DNA of 64,000 nt from Paraspadella gotoi (GCA_051294375.1 CM119265.1:7264629-7328628), one strand, 5' to 3'; counted from the stretch's first letter, positions 46,716-62,421 are shown. Notes: generated from the letters alone by a model not told the origin. A program made the numbers and translations.

Positions 46716-48628
46716 ATGTTGTCTTCTACGCTTTTAAATCCAACGTCTGCCCCTGAGTTTCCCGCTGACCTGACTGCTTTAAATGAATCGCTTATTCCAC
46801 ACGCTCGAAGAGAACGCCAACATTCATGTGCTTTTAAAGACATTGTGGATACCAAGGATGATCAGTCGGTAGAAAATTATTTTCATAAAGGTTCGTTACC
46901 CGACAGTTTCTTAAAATCTTCTCTTGTAATAATTTAAAGTTATTGAGTGATGGCTTTTTCGCTTAACCGAAAAAGACCCAACTTTGTGGAAAAAACTATT
47001 CGCCCAGGCATTGATTTTTGTCGTATAACACTGGAAAAACCAATATGAAAATTATCCATTCATGCAATAAACTAGAGTATTTTTTTATTTTTTAGATGTT
47101 TTTGCGAGTTGTTCCACTGATCGGATCAAATCCGAAACTGTCAGTCCGGAACTTTACAAAAATTTTCGTCGGGAAACCAATCCGTTTTTTGATAAGGCAA
47201 GTTCCTATCCTAATACTGGTTAAGTTTTACCAATTTGATAGCTTCTTGTAGTATCTCGACATATTAGACTAACTTTAATTAAAATGATAATGATAAGGGA
47301 AAATGATCACTATTGAAGTATTGACGCTATTAAACAATATGCTCGAGAATGGTCGAGGCTGTTAACGTGAGGTCTGGATTTTGTTGTAAAATGGCAGCAG
47401 GGAGACGTGTGATGCCCTTGGTGTGAGGCATCTCCCGACAGCTGGCACTCAGGGCTTGGGACCTGCATGCTGCAGTGACCACACCATGTCACAGGCGTTT
47501 TTATGCCGACACCATCACACTTAACCAGCGTTTCCAAGCCAAAGGGACGAACTAAGTTTTACCAAGTTATACGAGAGGCGACTTTAGGATTCGCCAGTAC
47601 CATCTTTTGGGAAAACCGAGGCATTCCGTATCATGGCGAAATTTGGTCCCGATTGTGGTCGGTCGTTAATGCTTTGTTGCGATACGATTTCTTACACATT
47701 TGCACTTAAACTTTTATAAAAGATACATTTTTAATTTCACTGAAAATTAGTATGAAAGTTTAAATTGTAATAGATTGTAATAATTTAAATTATTATTTAG
47801 TCTAATTAAATTATAATAAATTATAAAAGTAAAGAATATTATACGTATATAATGTACATAAATACTATACTACAATGTATTTAATCGAATAAGACTCAGT
47901 AACAGAAAATAGACGAATTCCAAAATATTGGTATTATCTCCTTTGAGTGATCGTTGCAAACAGTCCAATGATATATTGTACGTCCGACTATCTAGTATCT
48001 ACCATTTTTCTAGGTGTTAAAAATGCAGGAAGCATCGCGTCGCTACAGAGAGGTTACACGCATCGGGAATTCTCCAGAGTCCGGCCTCGGGCTCACCTTA
48101 GAATCGGGGGGCTCTGCCTCTGACTCTGCCTCCTCTCTCAAAGAAACAAAGTACGAGTTGAGCTCCAAAACGTTGGCTCTTCTCAAAAGCCTCTTGTCCA
48201 AAGCCACACTGGTTAACCGCAGAGACGAGAGGGTGAGAAGGGCCGATATTTGGAACAACTACGCTCCCTTGCTCTCGGCGGTAACGATGGATCGTCGGCT
48301 AGAAAATTTGGAGGCGGCGATCGACTCGCTCAACCTGACGACGCGAAACGCTAACAACATCGCTGTCTTTCTTCGCCAACCGCCGACGAACGGGTTGAGG
48401 CTGGACAAACGTTATCACGACGCCGCCGCCAGGGTGCTCGGACCCGAGAGTTTGGAGACGATGCTGACCATGGTCGGTGCGTTGGGTCTCATCGACGAGT
48501 TCGTAAATCAGTTGAAGGACAAAGAGAACGACAAGTTGTATTTTGATTTGGCGAGGAATTTGGACGAGGAAAGGAGCGCGTTGCAGAGCATGGTAGACGT
48601 CGTACGCGCCGCAGTGAAACGATCGTGA
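46716..48628 (+). CDS. Uncharacterised predicted helical protein; tentative exons 46716-46890, 47097-47197, 48014-48628
   Basis: 204-codon GC-rich terminal exon behind a ttttctag acceptor. The upstream exons join in frame if a GCAAGT donor at 47198 is used. I recognise no family. Confidence 0.5.
47380..47625 (-). mobile_element. Structured repeat family B copy (intronic)
   Basis: Homologous to 19229-19455, with multiple internal hairpins. Confidence 0.7.
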
Positions 48629-49452
48629 CTTTTATTTTTGCTCTCGCAAAAAACCGAGGCCTCCCCAGCCTTGCAAAGAAAATTATTGACAATAATATTA
48701 TATTCTTAAAATTTGCTCCGTTTTTTTATTTTCTGCTAGTACATTTTGTTTCTATGATACTTGCGATTCAAAACTTCAAATGGTTTTACTATTCTACATC
48801 TTTTGCGACTGTGATCAAAGTATTCTTTTTATCAAATTATTCTTTTTTTGTAGTGTCACTTAATTTAGGATTCTATCTAGACAAGTTGTAAGATAGATTC
48901 TTTATTAAACGATCCACGAATTTCCATCAAATCGAGGCCACTTATACTTCTTGGGCAGTTTTCAGGTGAGTTAAGCGTCTAGAACATTTTTATTTTTCAT
49001 TATTAAAAAAATTGTTCTTGCGTTACCAAATTGAAAACGTTTTCTCGCACTAGGGAAACTTTGCTGTCAATAAATTATTCAATATTCCAATCCATAATTA
49101 AATTCCACAGCATGACGTGTGACTCTGACTCTGTATAAATTTATAAATATATCTTTACCGTAGATAAACTTTAACTCTCGCGGTTTCTGAGTGGAAGCAT
49201 AGAACAAGCTAGTAGTATGCAGGAAACCAATAGTCTGGCCAATGTCTTGTGCAACTGAATAGTTAGACGGGGTCACCTGGAAATATCAGCACGGAATATC
49301 AATGCCTCCAATGGTCATACATTGTAATCAAGTAAACGTAATACAAGAACCAAAGAGCAACAGGAAATAAAACTGTAAAAGAAAATGAGGCACGAATCAA
49401 GAATAAGGCATGTACTATAAAGTAAACATAATAGTAAAAGAACCAAATATAA

Positions 49453-53246
<3,794 letters not shown>

Positions 53247-54848
53247 AAAAACACTCGTTTCCGATTTTTTTTGTCGATTCTGTGAACGCGTCGTCGGAGG
53301 AATGGACGACGTTCTCCGATATATAATTTTAAAACAAGTTCGGACACCATTAGTTATGTCCTTTTCTTTTTGTTTTAACATCGGATGCGAAAGTAATTTT
53401 TATCTCGCCAGACGGGCGAATGCCCGACTTGGGTGAGATGTTAATTCGTTTCTGCTTCTTTTGACCATAATAATCGTCATCTTACTGTTTTAACATTGAA
53501 AATAGCTTAAATGTGTCACCATAGGTAGAGCCAAACTTCGTCAATAGGGTGGGTCAGAAGTTTGATTTGGGAACCTTTCCAAATGAAACTTCATACATTT
53601 CTGAGAAAACTTTAAATGGAGCAAAATTTGAATTTTTTATTTTTAAAAGCAGATTCAAATAGCTTATAAAAAGTTATCTATACAAAGTATAATTCTTTTT
53701 CAATATTTTGATGATAAGTGAGTTTAAATTGAGAAAACCTTAAAAAATCATCATCATCATCCGATGATTTTAGCAGTTTTTATTAATTTTTAGTAATAAA
53801 ATATCAAAATTTTAAAAAGTTTTAATTATATTTTTTGCTTAACTTTTTAAGCTTTATCAGAATCTATTAAAAAAACTTAAAATATCCAAAAAAAAATTGA
53901 CATTATATAGTAATATAATAATATTAATTAGCGAATTACTCATGGTTCGGAACATTTTTGTAAAAAAATATTTTAACACAATAATTAATACCAATAATGG
54001 ATTAGTTTAATGCTGTTCCCATTAAAATTTAAATTTGGTCGGCTACCGTTACCATAAAAAGCTGAAAATTTAGAGGTCTTTTAAATTGTTATGTTTTATA
54101 TTTTTACATTCATTTTTGTTTTATTTACAAAACAATTTTTTATTATATAGACAAGTTTATTTCTGCAGCAGCTGTATAAGAATAATTAAAGTTGTAAACT
54201 AGTAAATATAATAATTAAATTATTAATTATTTAGTTATTAATTAAACTACAAACAAATATAATTATTTACCAATAAAAAATATTAATATTAAACCTTTAA
54301 AGCAATAGAACAAAAATTTATTAAAACTTAATCAGAATACAACAATATGCAAATGAGATTAAACTCGATCTCATTTGAGATAATCCACAAATTAATCAAT
54401 TACAGCGGCTGTCCAGTTTCTCTCTTTTTCTCTCTTTTAATTCTTCATTCTGTAGCAAAATACTGGACGTTTATTATATTTTAATTTGATAAGATTAATT
54501 TGATATTTACTTATTTAAAACCTTTCTTTAATGGTCATCCAATTTTATCTTTATTAAAAAACAGAATTTTTTAAAAAAAATTATTATAAATTATTCATTA
54601 ATTATTTAAAATTATTAAAATTTATTAATACTATTAATTTAAAAATTATCTGGGACTCCTCATGATATAAAATAATTATTTAAATTATTAAATTATTTAG
54701 AACATGCTCAGGACAGCATTATTTCCTAATTGGACGAATCATATAAAGAAAAAACAATTAAAAAAATAAATAAAAAATTATTACTTAAAAATTATTCAAC
54801 ATTACGACAATTCAGATATGCCATTGAATAGACCATTAATAAGGGTAT

Positions 54849-55593
54849 TGTGCGGGTATATTCACACCGCCTCACGTTCCACCATCCTTCAGCCAAATCC
54901 ATTGGCTCAGAGGGGGAACACACCATCCCAAGTGTAGTGTTCCATCCACAGTCCTAACGACTTCCCTCTGCGTTGGCAAAGCGAGACCGTCCTAGGGTAA
55001 ACCGCGCCAGTGACTGGAGGCGTCACTGAGGGTCGGAAGCCCCCAAAGCCAACAGTGAGATGCCCCATCCCAATGGGTATCACAGGCAACCGGCTGTTGC
55101 CATAAGTGGTGAGCCCTACTATCGAACACGCAACCTTCTCAGGGTACGCTACGACAAATGCCTATGCCCTGCCGACTTCGGGTACGCTACGACAAACGCC
55201 TATGCCCCTGGGGTACGCTACGACAAACGCCTATGCCCCCACAACTCGCGCTCTCTCTCTCTCTCTCCCACTATGGTAACAGTCTTGTCAGACACCTCTC
55301 AGGCTTGAGGAACCTGAGTGATGTCTTGGCCGGGGATCCTGTGGCGGTATATTCACACCGCCTCACGTCCACCATCCTTCAGCCAAATCCATTGGCTCAG
55401 AGGGGAACACACCATCCCAAGTGTAGTTTCCATCCACAGTCCTAACGACTTCCCTCTGCGTTGGCAAAGCGAGACCGTCCTAGGGTAACCGCGCCAGTGA
55501 CTGGAGGCGTCACTGAGGGTCGGAAGCCCCCAAAGCCAACAGTGAGATGCCCATCCCAATGGGTATCACAGGCAACCCGGCTGTTGCCATAGT
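54849..55593 (+). mobile_element. Repeat family C locus: 5'-truncated copy (~54849-55110), three 28-nt repeats, then a copy bounded by inverted termini (55267-55593)
   Basis: Two ~250-nt near-identical direct repeats. gggtacgctacgacaaa(t/c)gcctatgccc at 55142, 55180 and 55211. cccactatggtaacag (55267) is an inverted match to ctgttgccatagt (55581-55593). Confidence 0.8.
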
Positions 55594-55979
55594 ATCAATA
55601 TAAAATTTTTTTTAAATTTATCAAGAACACGCTTAAAATTTTTTTTTTGCCAATTTTATTGTGTTGGATAAAATATTAAATATAAAATAATAAATAAATT
55701 AAATATAAAATAAAACTTATACATAAAAATTGTTTAGTAATTCTTTAACTAATGATATACTTATAAATTATATTTATTAAATATTTAAAGTATAGTAAAG
55801 ATTTTTTTTAGTGTCATTTGCGGACGGACACGGGGTATGTCGTTCTTTTTTTTTCTGTCGCAGTTTCTGATTCGTTTAAAAACGAGTTCGCTCTACAACG
55901 ATTGTTTGCTTCTCTCTTTTTTTTTCTTTCTCTTTTTTTTACTCATACACGCATTTGTTTGTTTTATTTACGATGAATA

Positions 55980-56325
55980 ACTCCTCGTGTCAATAAATTA
56001 TTATCATCGGATCAATAAATTATTATTATCGAATCAATTAATTATTATCATTGGATTAATAAATGACTATCATCGTGTCAATAAATTATTATTATCATAT
56101 CAATAAATGATTATCATTACATCCATCATTCGGTTTTCATTGCATCAATATTTGGTTATCATCGCATCAATCCTTTAGTTATTATTTTATTAATATTTGA
56201 TTATCATCGAATCAATAATCAATTACTATTACATCATTCAATTACTATTACATCAGTCAATCAATTATTATTACATCAATCAATCAATTATTATTACATT
56301 AATAATTTGTTATCGTATCAATCAT
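55980..56325. repeat. Degenerate AT-rich minisatellite (~21-nt unit like atcaataaattattatcatcg)
   Basis: Recurring caataaattattatcat / caatcaattattattacat units. Confidence 0.7.
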
Positions 56326-56913
56326 TTTTTTTTTTTCAGATTTTTTCATTAATTTTCTTTGATAGTAACATCTGGCGAGATCACTATACTTTTAAGATTT
56401 TTTAATTTTTCTTTTGTATGTTTGTCACGTATGCTATTAACAAGCTTCTTCACGCTCTTTACAATCAACCTATCCTGCACTGAGATATTATATTTTTCTA
56501 GTCTTCCTTACCAACAAAATAAATTTCCCGTTGCAATACTCGAATGTTGCTGGCATGGTTCGAGAAAAATCAGAACTGAGTATTTTGTGATATTACTATT
56601 TTTATTTTTTAGCGTTTTTATGAGAAAATTTTTTTTATTTTGCCTTAATATCAAGATAAGGTGAAAAAATATGATAAAGTGGGTCGTATTTTTTATTCAA
56701 CTGTAATACAAAATAAGTCTTATCCAATCTAAAAACCGATTCCAACTTACTATGTATTACTAATTACATTTTGTACAATAAATTTTCTACCTAATCGTGT
56801 TTACGAATTGCTGTTATTTTACTTTCAATAAAATAACTGCGTATATATGTTGTAATTTGAAAATGAAATCACGTATGAAATTCTTTTACAGCTATTTTAA
56901 AATCACAAGAAAA

Positions 56914-59348
56914 ATGACTGAAAAAGACGGTGAAGAAATGGACCGGGAGGATGAAAATCCAGAAATTCCTTCTTTCGAAGAGGTTTGTAATTTAACCTAC
57001 CCTCGTTATTTTATTTAGCATTATACTGTTTTTAGTTAATGAGTCCTACAGTATAAATTTCTGTTAGAGGTTTGGCATTCGTCTCTAAATTTTCTTGTCA
57101 GCCGAAGAACGTTGACCAAACCTCGACGATCGACGTAACGTCCGTCTCAGAACCGGAGGTTGCGTCTCAGTCCGAGACGGACCTGACGCCTGCTCCCTTC
57201 ATCGCTAATGAGGATAAAACTTTTAAGTCTGATGCCGAAGACTTGTTCGCGTCGTCAGACGACGTCGCCGCGCCCAATCTCTCGTCTGGGCTAAATGACA
57301 GCGCCGCTCGTGATTCCACGCCCGCCGCCGGAAACGGATCAGAATCCACGAACGTCAAAGGAGATGAACCGGACAAAAAAGTTGAGAATCCCGTAAAAAC
57401 GGAAACCGAATCCCCATCTCCACCTACCAATAAAAGTTCCAAGCGTACACGGGCCGGACCGAAAAGTTCCAAGCTGAAGCGTCGTTCTGGATCTGCCCCC
57501 GGCCCCCGCGAGACCTCTCCTTGGCGAACGGCGACGCCCCCGACCCGAGACAAAGATTCCGACTCGGATAACGACTCATGTGCCGGGTTCAAACCCTCAA
57601 CGACACAAGACGACGACGATTACCCCGACTCGAATATGGACAACCTTTACACCTACGAGGTCGACGACGAAAGAAAAGATAAAAAAGACGGTTCTCGCTT
57701 CGACCCTAGTGACTATTGCCTCAACTACGACGACGGCCAAAAGAAGCCGGTCAAGACTAAATCCAACAGCGGATTCTCTGACGGATCACTTTCGCCGCCC
57801 AAGATCTCCCCGGAAAGAAAGACCTCCTCCAGGCCGAATCCCGAGTGGTCCAAGAAAGGCGGCTTTTCGTCGAAGAAGCGGGGCTTGGTCGACGAAGACG
57901 CCGTCTGTTTGCCGCTGAAAAATGGTTGGCGTCGCGAGCTTGTCTACCGAAAGACGTCGGATCCTGGGAAGTCGCGTCAGAGTGACGTCTACTATTTTTC
58001 ACCTTCTGGCAAGAAACTGCGCTCTATGCCCAACATTCTTGGCTACATGGCCGAAAACGGAATCACCGAATTCGACGAAAGAAATTTTAGCTTCGCCAAG
58101 CGCTCCTTCATGGAGCCTCCCTTCGACGTGGTACGCGACGCCCTCGAGGGGAACTGGCCGAAGCCGAGCAAAGCCAAAACGGAACGCTCGTTCGTCGTAG
58201 AAGAAAAGGAAAAAGAGAAGAAAAAGAAGAAAAAGAAGAGCATGGTGTTAAGTCCGAACTCCGCAACCGCGGAAATGGCTCAAGCATATCGTCAAAGTGA
58301 TAAAATTTCAAAAGAAAACTGCAAGAAAAATCTTGACAAAGACGAATCGTTTGCCTGGGACAATACGCCAGAGCAAGAACAGTTGGGCTACTTGGGGCTC
58401 GTGCCCATGAAAAAGAATCGAAAGCGGTCTGGGGGCGATTCTCATTCCACGTCCGGGCCCAAGTCTAAAAAGATGAAATCCAGTCAAGAGGCGGGCCGCT
58501 CGACGCCAGAACAAAAAACTCCTCCCGCCCGACCAGTTAGCGAAAGTCCCCACTTAATTTGTTCGGAAGCTTGCACCGATCCGGCTGTAAAGAACGTTGA
58601 TCCTTCGTTGCCCTGTTCCGTCTGCAGAACGCTCTTCCATCCTCTCTGCGTCCATTTTGATCCCTCGTCGAATATATCCAATCAATTCGTTTGCCAGAAG
58701 TGCACGAGCGCGAATAACCGATCCAAGACCGGCTCAAAGCCCGGCCCTGCGTCTTCGAAGAAAAAGACCGATAAAACGCCGGTTTCGCCGAGCTCCTCTG
58801 GCAAACCCGCGGCGGCGCATATTGTGGAAAAGGACGGAACAGACGTCATCATTAAAATAAATGAGCGCCTCGTCAAGGTTCCTCAAAACGCTCTTGTCCA
58901 AACAGAGAGCGGACCGAAAGTTATGATGACCAAGAAGCTCTTGCAGCAGGTTATGGAGAATTCCGCGCAGGGCGAGAGTTTAAACGGATCGGTAATCTCC
59001 ACGCCTCCGTCTAAACCTGGACCCAAGAGTTCAAAACTCCAACCCAAGGATGACGGTTCATCCGAAACGCCTAAGAAAAGCCGACCTGGGCCCAAAAGCT
59101 CAAAGTTTCGATTGACGAGCGGAGAGGATAAAAGATCGGTGACACCTGAAGTGCCTGCGTCGTCTGCCTCGGTCACCACAGAGGCCAGGCCTGGACCCAA
59201 ATCTTCGAAAGCTGGGCCAAAAAGCTCGAAAAGAGACTTCAAAGAGAATGAGGACTCGATCGCTCCTGTCGCAGAACCAGAAAAGACTAAGCCCGGCCCG
59301 AAAAGCTCCAAGTCGAAGGCCGGACCAAAAAGTTCTAAAACTATTTAA
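56914..59348 (+). CDS. Methyl-CpG-binding domain (MBD) + PHD finger protein; exons 56914-56982, 57102-59348
   Basis: MBD: PLKNGWRRELVYRK..SDVYYFSPSGKKLRS..NFSF. C4HC3 PHD: CSEAC..CSVC..HPLC..CQKC. Phase-0 GT-AG intron. Confidence 0.85.
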
Positions 59349-59411
59349 ACAATTTTTTTACAACTTTTAATAAATATTTGTAAATATTAATTTTTATATT
59401 CTTTGAGGTAA

Positions 59412-59580
59412 AATTTTACTTTCGCCGCCTGGGGTTTTGGCTTCTTTTAAAAAACTATTTAAAAATTTATTACCTAATTAGTTTAACCCTAAACCCCCCC
59501 TAACCCTAATCAGTAATCACCCTTAACCCTAAATCACCCTTAACCAACCCCCCCTAGCTCCAGTCGGCGAAATTAAAATT
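59412..59580. mobile_element. Small inverted-repeat element enclosing degenerate TAACCC repeats
   Basis: aattttactttcgccgcctgg (59412-59432) versus ccagtcggcgaaattaaaatt (59560-59580), 2 mismatches. Internal taaccct units at 59484-59550. Confidence 0.6.
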
Positions 59581-59927
59581 ATGTTGTCTTTAAATATAAT
59601 CGTGCTTCTCAAATCCTCATGTAATTAGAGATACTTACTTTCGTTTGTTAAAAATTGTCAGTCTAAAAATAAGGACGAGATAAAAAGTGAAGATGAGATC
59701 GTTGCAAAAAGTAACAAATTTTCCCCGATCCTTTCTTACCAGATTTTTAGTTGCGTCAAGTTTTTTTCAGTGTAAATGATTCTGATCGACTTCTTCACTA
59801 TTTATTGTCAAAATGTTTTTCTGCTAAAATGTTAATTAGCGACTAACGCCAAACCATCCGTTTCTTTATATATATTTTTGCGACTGCGGACGCAAACCAC
59901 CTTCCTTTTAATTTGTTACTCTCGCAG

Positions 59928-61989
59928 ATTCGCTCAATCTTGTGTCGGCGTGGACATAACGATTGGGCCTGCGTCCTTGTCTCGGCCCAAAGCGCCAACG
60001 ATGACGGCGAAAACATCGCTTGCCTCGTCCGGATCGCGTTGCGAGACGGGATTTTCTTTTGCGAACGAGTCGTGTGCCTTCGCAGCCGCCTGCGGAGCGG
60101 ACTCGACGGTCGATTCTACGACATTCTCGATCAGCGATTTCAAAGGGATGCTAATCGACGTATTCGCGTCGAACGAACCGAGCGACACACGTTGGCCTCG
60201 CTCACTTCCGAAGATTTTGTCGCGGGGGTTTTGAGTGGAGGAGATACGAGCTTTAAAGTAGCCCTCGAGAAAGCTGGCTCTGACCGACCGGCCACGTCGT
60301 CTCGGCCCTTCGTGGACATCGAGACTCTTATGAAGGGATCGAAGGTGGTTGATGACGAGCCAATCAACTCCGACCTATTAGGAGACCTTGGTGATGTTTC
60401 GCGAAGGAATTTAGTTTGCGACCAATGTGGGAAAATCTGCAAATTTCAATCGGAACTCATTCAACATAAGCGGAGCCACTCCACCGGACGAGATTTTGAG
60501 TGCAACGTTTGCTCGAAATCGTTTAAGACCAAAGGCAATTTGACGGCTCATTTCCGAATTCATTCTGGAGAGACCCCCTACACTTGCATGGTCACAGGTG
60601 TGCGACTGAAAGTTAATTTTACTCTGAATTATTAACAATTTTGCTATTTTTTCTTTATCCAGGATGCGGCAAGAGCTTTAAACAGTCAAGCGCGCTCAAG
60701 AAGCATTCTCTCTCGCATTCCACCGCGTCTTCCGTCTGCCACCATTGTGGCAAGAACTTCAAGGGAAAGGAGACGCTGAGTCGACACATAGCCGTTATCC
60801 ACTCCGGTGACAAACCTTTTCGGTGCGACCTATGCAGCAAAGGTTTCAAGGTCAAAGACTCTTTAGAAATCCACAAGCGCTCTCATTCGGACGAGCAGCC
60901 TTTTGTCTGCGACGTTTGCGGAAAAGGCTTTAAATATCGATTCAGTCTTAAAGAGCACCGCTTCTTACACACGAACGATTATCCATTCAAATGTCGTGCT
61001 GCTGGCTGCCACGAAAACTTTTCTCGAAAAAGAAAATACGAAGCTCATTTAAAAATCCACCGTGACGAGGAACTTAAAACTAAAAACAAAATCTTCCAGA
61101 ACAAAGTCTGTCTTGAAGCAACGCCGACGAGCATTTCGGGCCGGATTTGCCAACCAACCCATTCCCTGTCACCTTCTATTACTGCTGATAAGAGTGCTGA
61201 AGATAATTCTTCCTTACCTGCTTCTTATTCTACTCGCCCTTCCGCTAACCCTCCTGGTGCCCTACGAGGTCCTTTCCCACCCCCTAACCTACCTCCGTCT
61301 CATTGTCAACCCGCGGCGATCTTCCCCGCTGCCTCCCACTCTTTTCTGCGTTCGAACGTTGAGTCGCCGTCGGCAACGCGGATGGTTTACTTGGAAAGCC
61401 TTCGGCCTGATCAAGTGGACGATGCTGACGTAACGCAGGTTTTATCGCGGCTCGAATCGGGGATATCCGTCGACCAAATCGACCGAGTCTGCTCTTCTCA
61501 TCCTTCCGCGGTTATGACGACTTCTTACGGGTATCGGTTGTTTTTTGCCAAAAAAAGCTTTTAAACGAGTTAATTTTTTGGGAAAATTTCCTTTTTACCA
61601 GGGAATCATCGAAACAGCACGATTGGATCAAGCCCTCTGATGCTATGGGGAATGACACGTCCTTTACCGATGAGGTTTTTCCACCTTCGGCCGGCAGCCA
61701 GTTAGTCACGCCGATCACATGGCATCGACCTGACCCTCCTCTTCACTCCGGCCCTTACGTCAGTCCCTCCAAAGTGAGTCCCTTAGAGTGCGCTCCAACG
61801 ACGTCGACGGCGACTCCCGGATCGCCAGCCTCGACGGCTTCCAACTCGCTGTCACTTCTGGATGTGGACAGCGTCATCATGAAGGAGGTCGGCGATGATT
61901 TCAACCTTTCCAGCCCCTTGTCGTTCACCGGTATATCTTTGCCCGAAGAAGCCGATCAACAGTCGGACGAGAGTGAAATCGGATCATGA
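59928..61989 (+). CDS. C2H2 zinc-finger protein, 7 tandem fingers; exons 59928-60597, 60663-61530, 61602-61989 (first exon uncertain, possibly ATG 59693)
   Basis: Seven CxxC/Cx4C..HxxxH fingers with SGETPY/SGDKPF/SDEQPF linkers. Finger 3 is split by a phase-1 intron. Confidence 0.85.
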
Positions 61990-62421
61990 AGCTGCAACTA
62001 CGAAACTTACCCTCTTTTTGATTAGTCGTTATGTTTTGTGTTCGACTGTTTATTTATTTAAATTTCACGAATCTTTTTTGTTGCATTACCCCCAATTTTC
62101 AGCGTTTGGCTTCGAAAAACCGCCAAATTACGTTATCTGTGATATTCGACTCCAATTTTGAGTTCTGTAAAAAAAAATTAAGGGGAAAAAAGGGGGTAAT
62201 CAAACTGGTTTTCGTGACCAACTTTCGACAGCTTCGATCTTCTGTCTTTACTTTCGCGCCCATCGTCGTGAATCGACTGTCTATCTTCGTCGTTCGCCGC
62301 GCTACCCGCATGTCGTCGTCGTCGCGGTCGACAGTTCGATCGCCGGCATAGTCATCGACCGAACCAAAATATAAAAAAAATTGTAAAAAATCAATCGTCT
62401 TTCCCCTTTCTTCCCTAAAAA

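Noticed and set aside
46940-47007. In-frame TGA (VIE*WLFRL..) as selenocysteine or readthrough in the orphan gene
   Set aside because: Alternative splicing models avoid the stop, and I recognised no SECIS or redox motif.
55142-55238. Three 28-nt direct repeats as a CRISPR-like array
   Set aside because: The spacers are only 10 and 3 nt, the context is eukaryotic, and there are no cas genes.
54849-55593. LTR/TRIM retroelement (two direct repeats with a TGGTGAGCC PBS-like stretch)
   Set aside because: The TGG is explained by the element's own terminus (..atagtgg). An inverted terminus at 55267 fits a TIR element better, and I saw no polypurine tract or TSD. Not fully excluded.
59484-59550. 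True telomere or fusion scar
   Set aside because: It is short, degenerate, internal and enclosed by inverted repeats.
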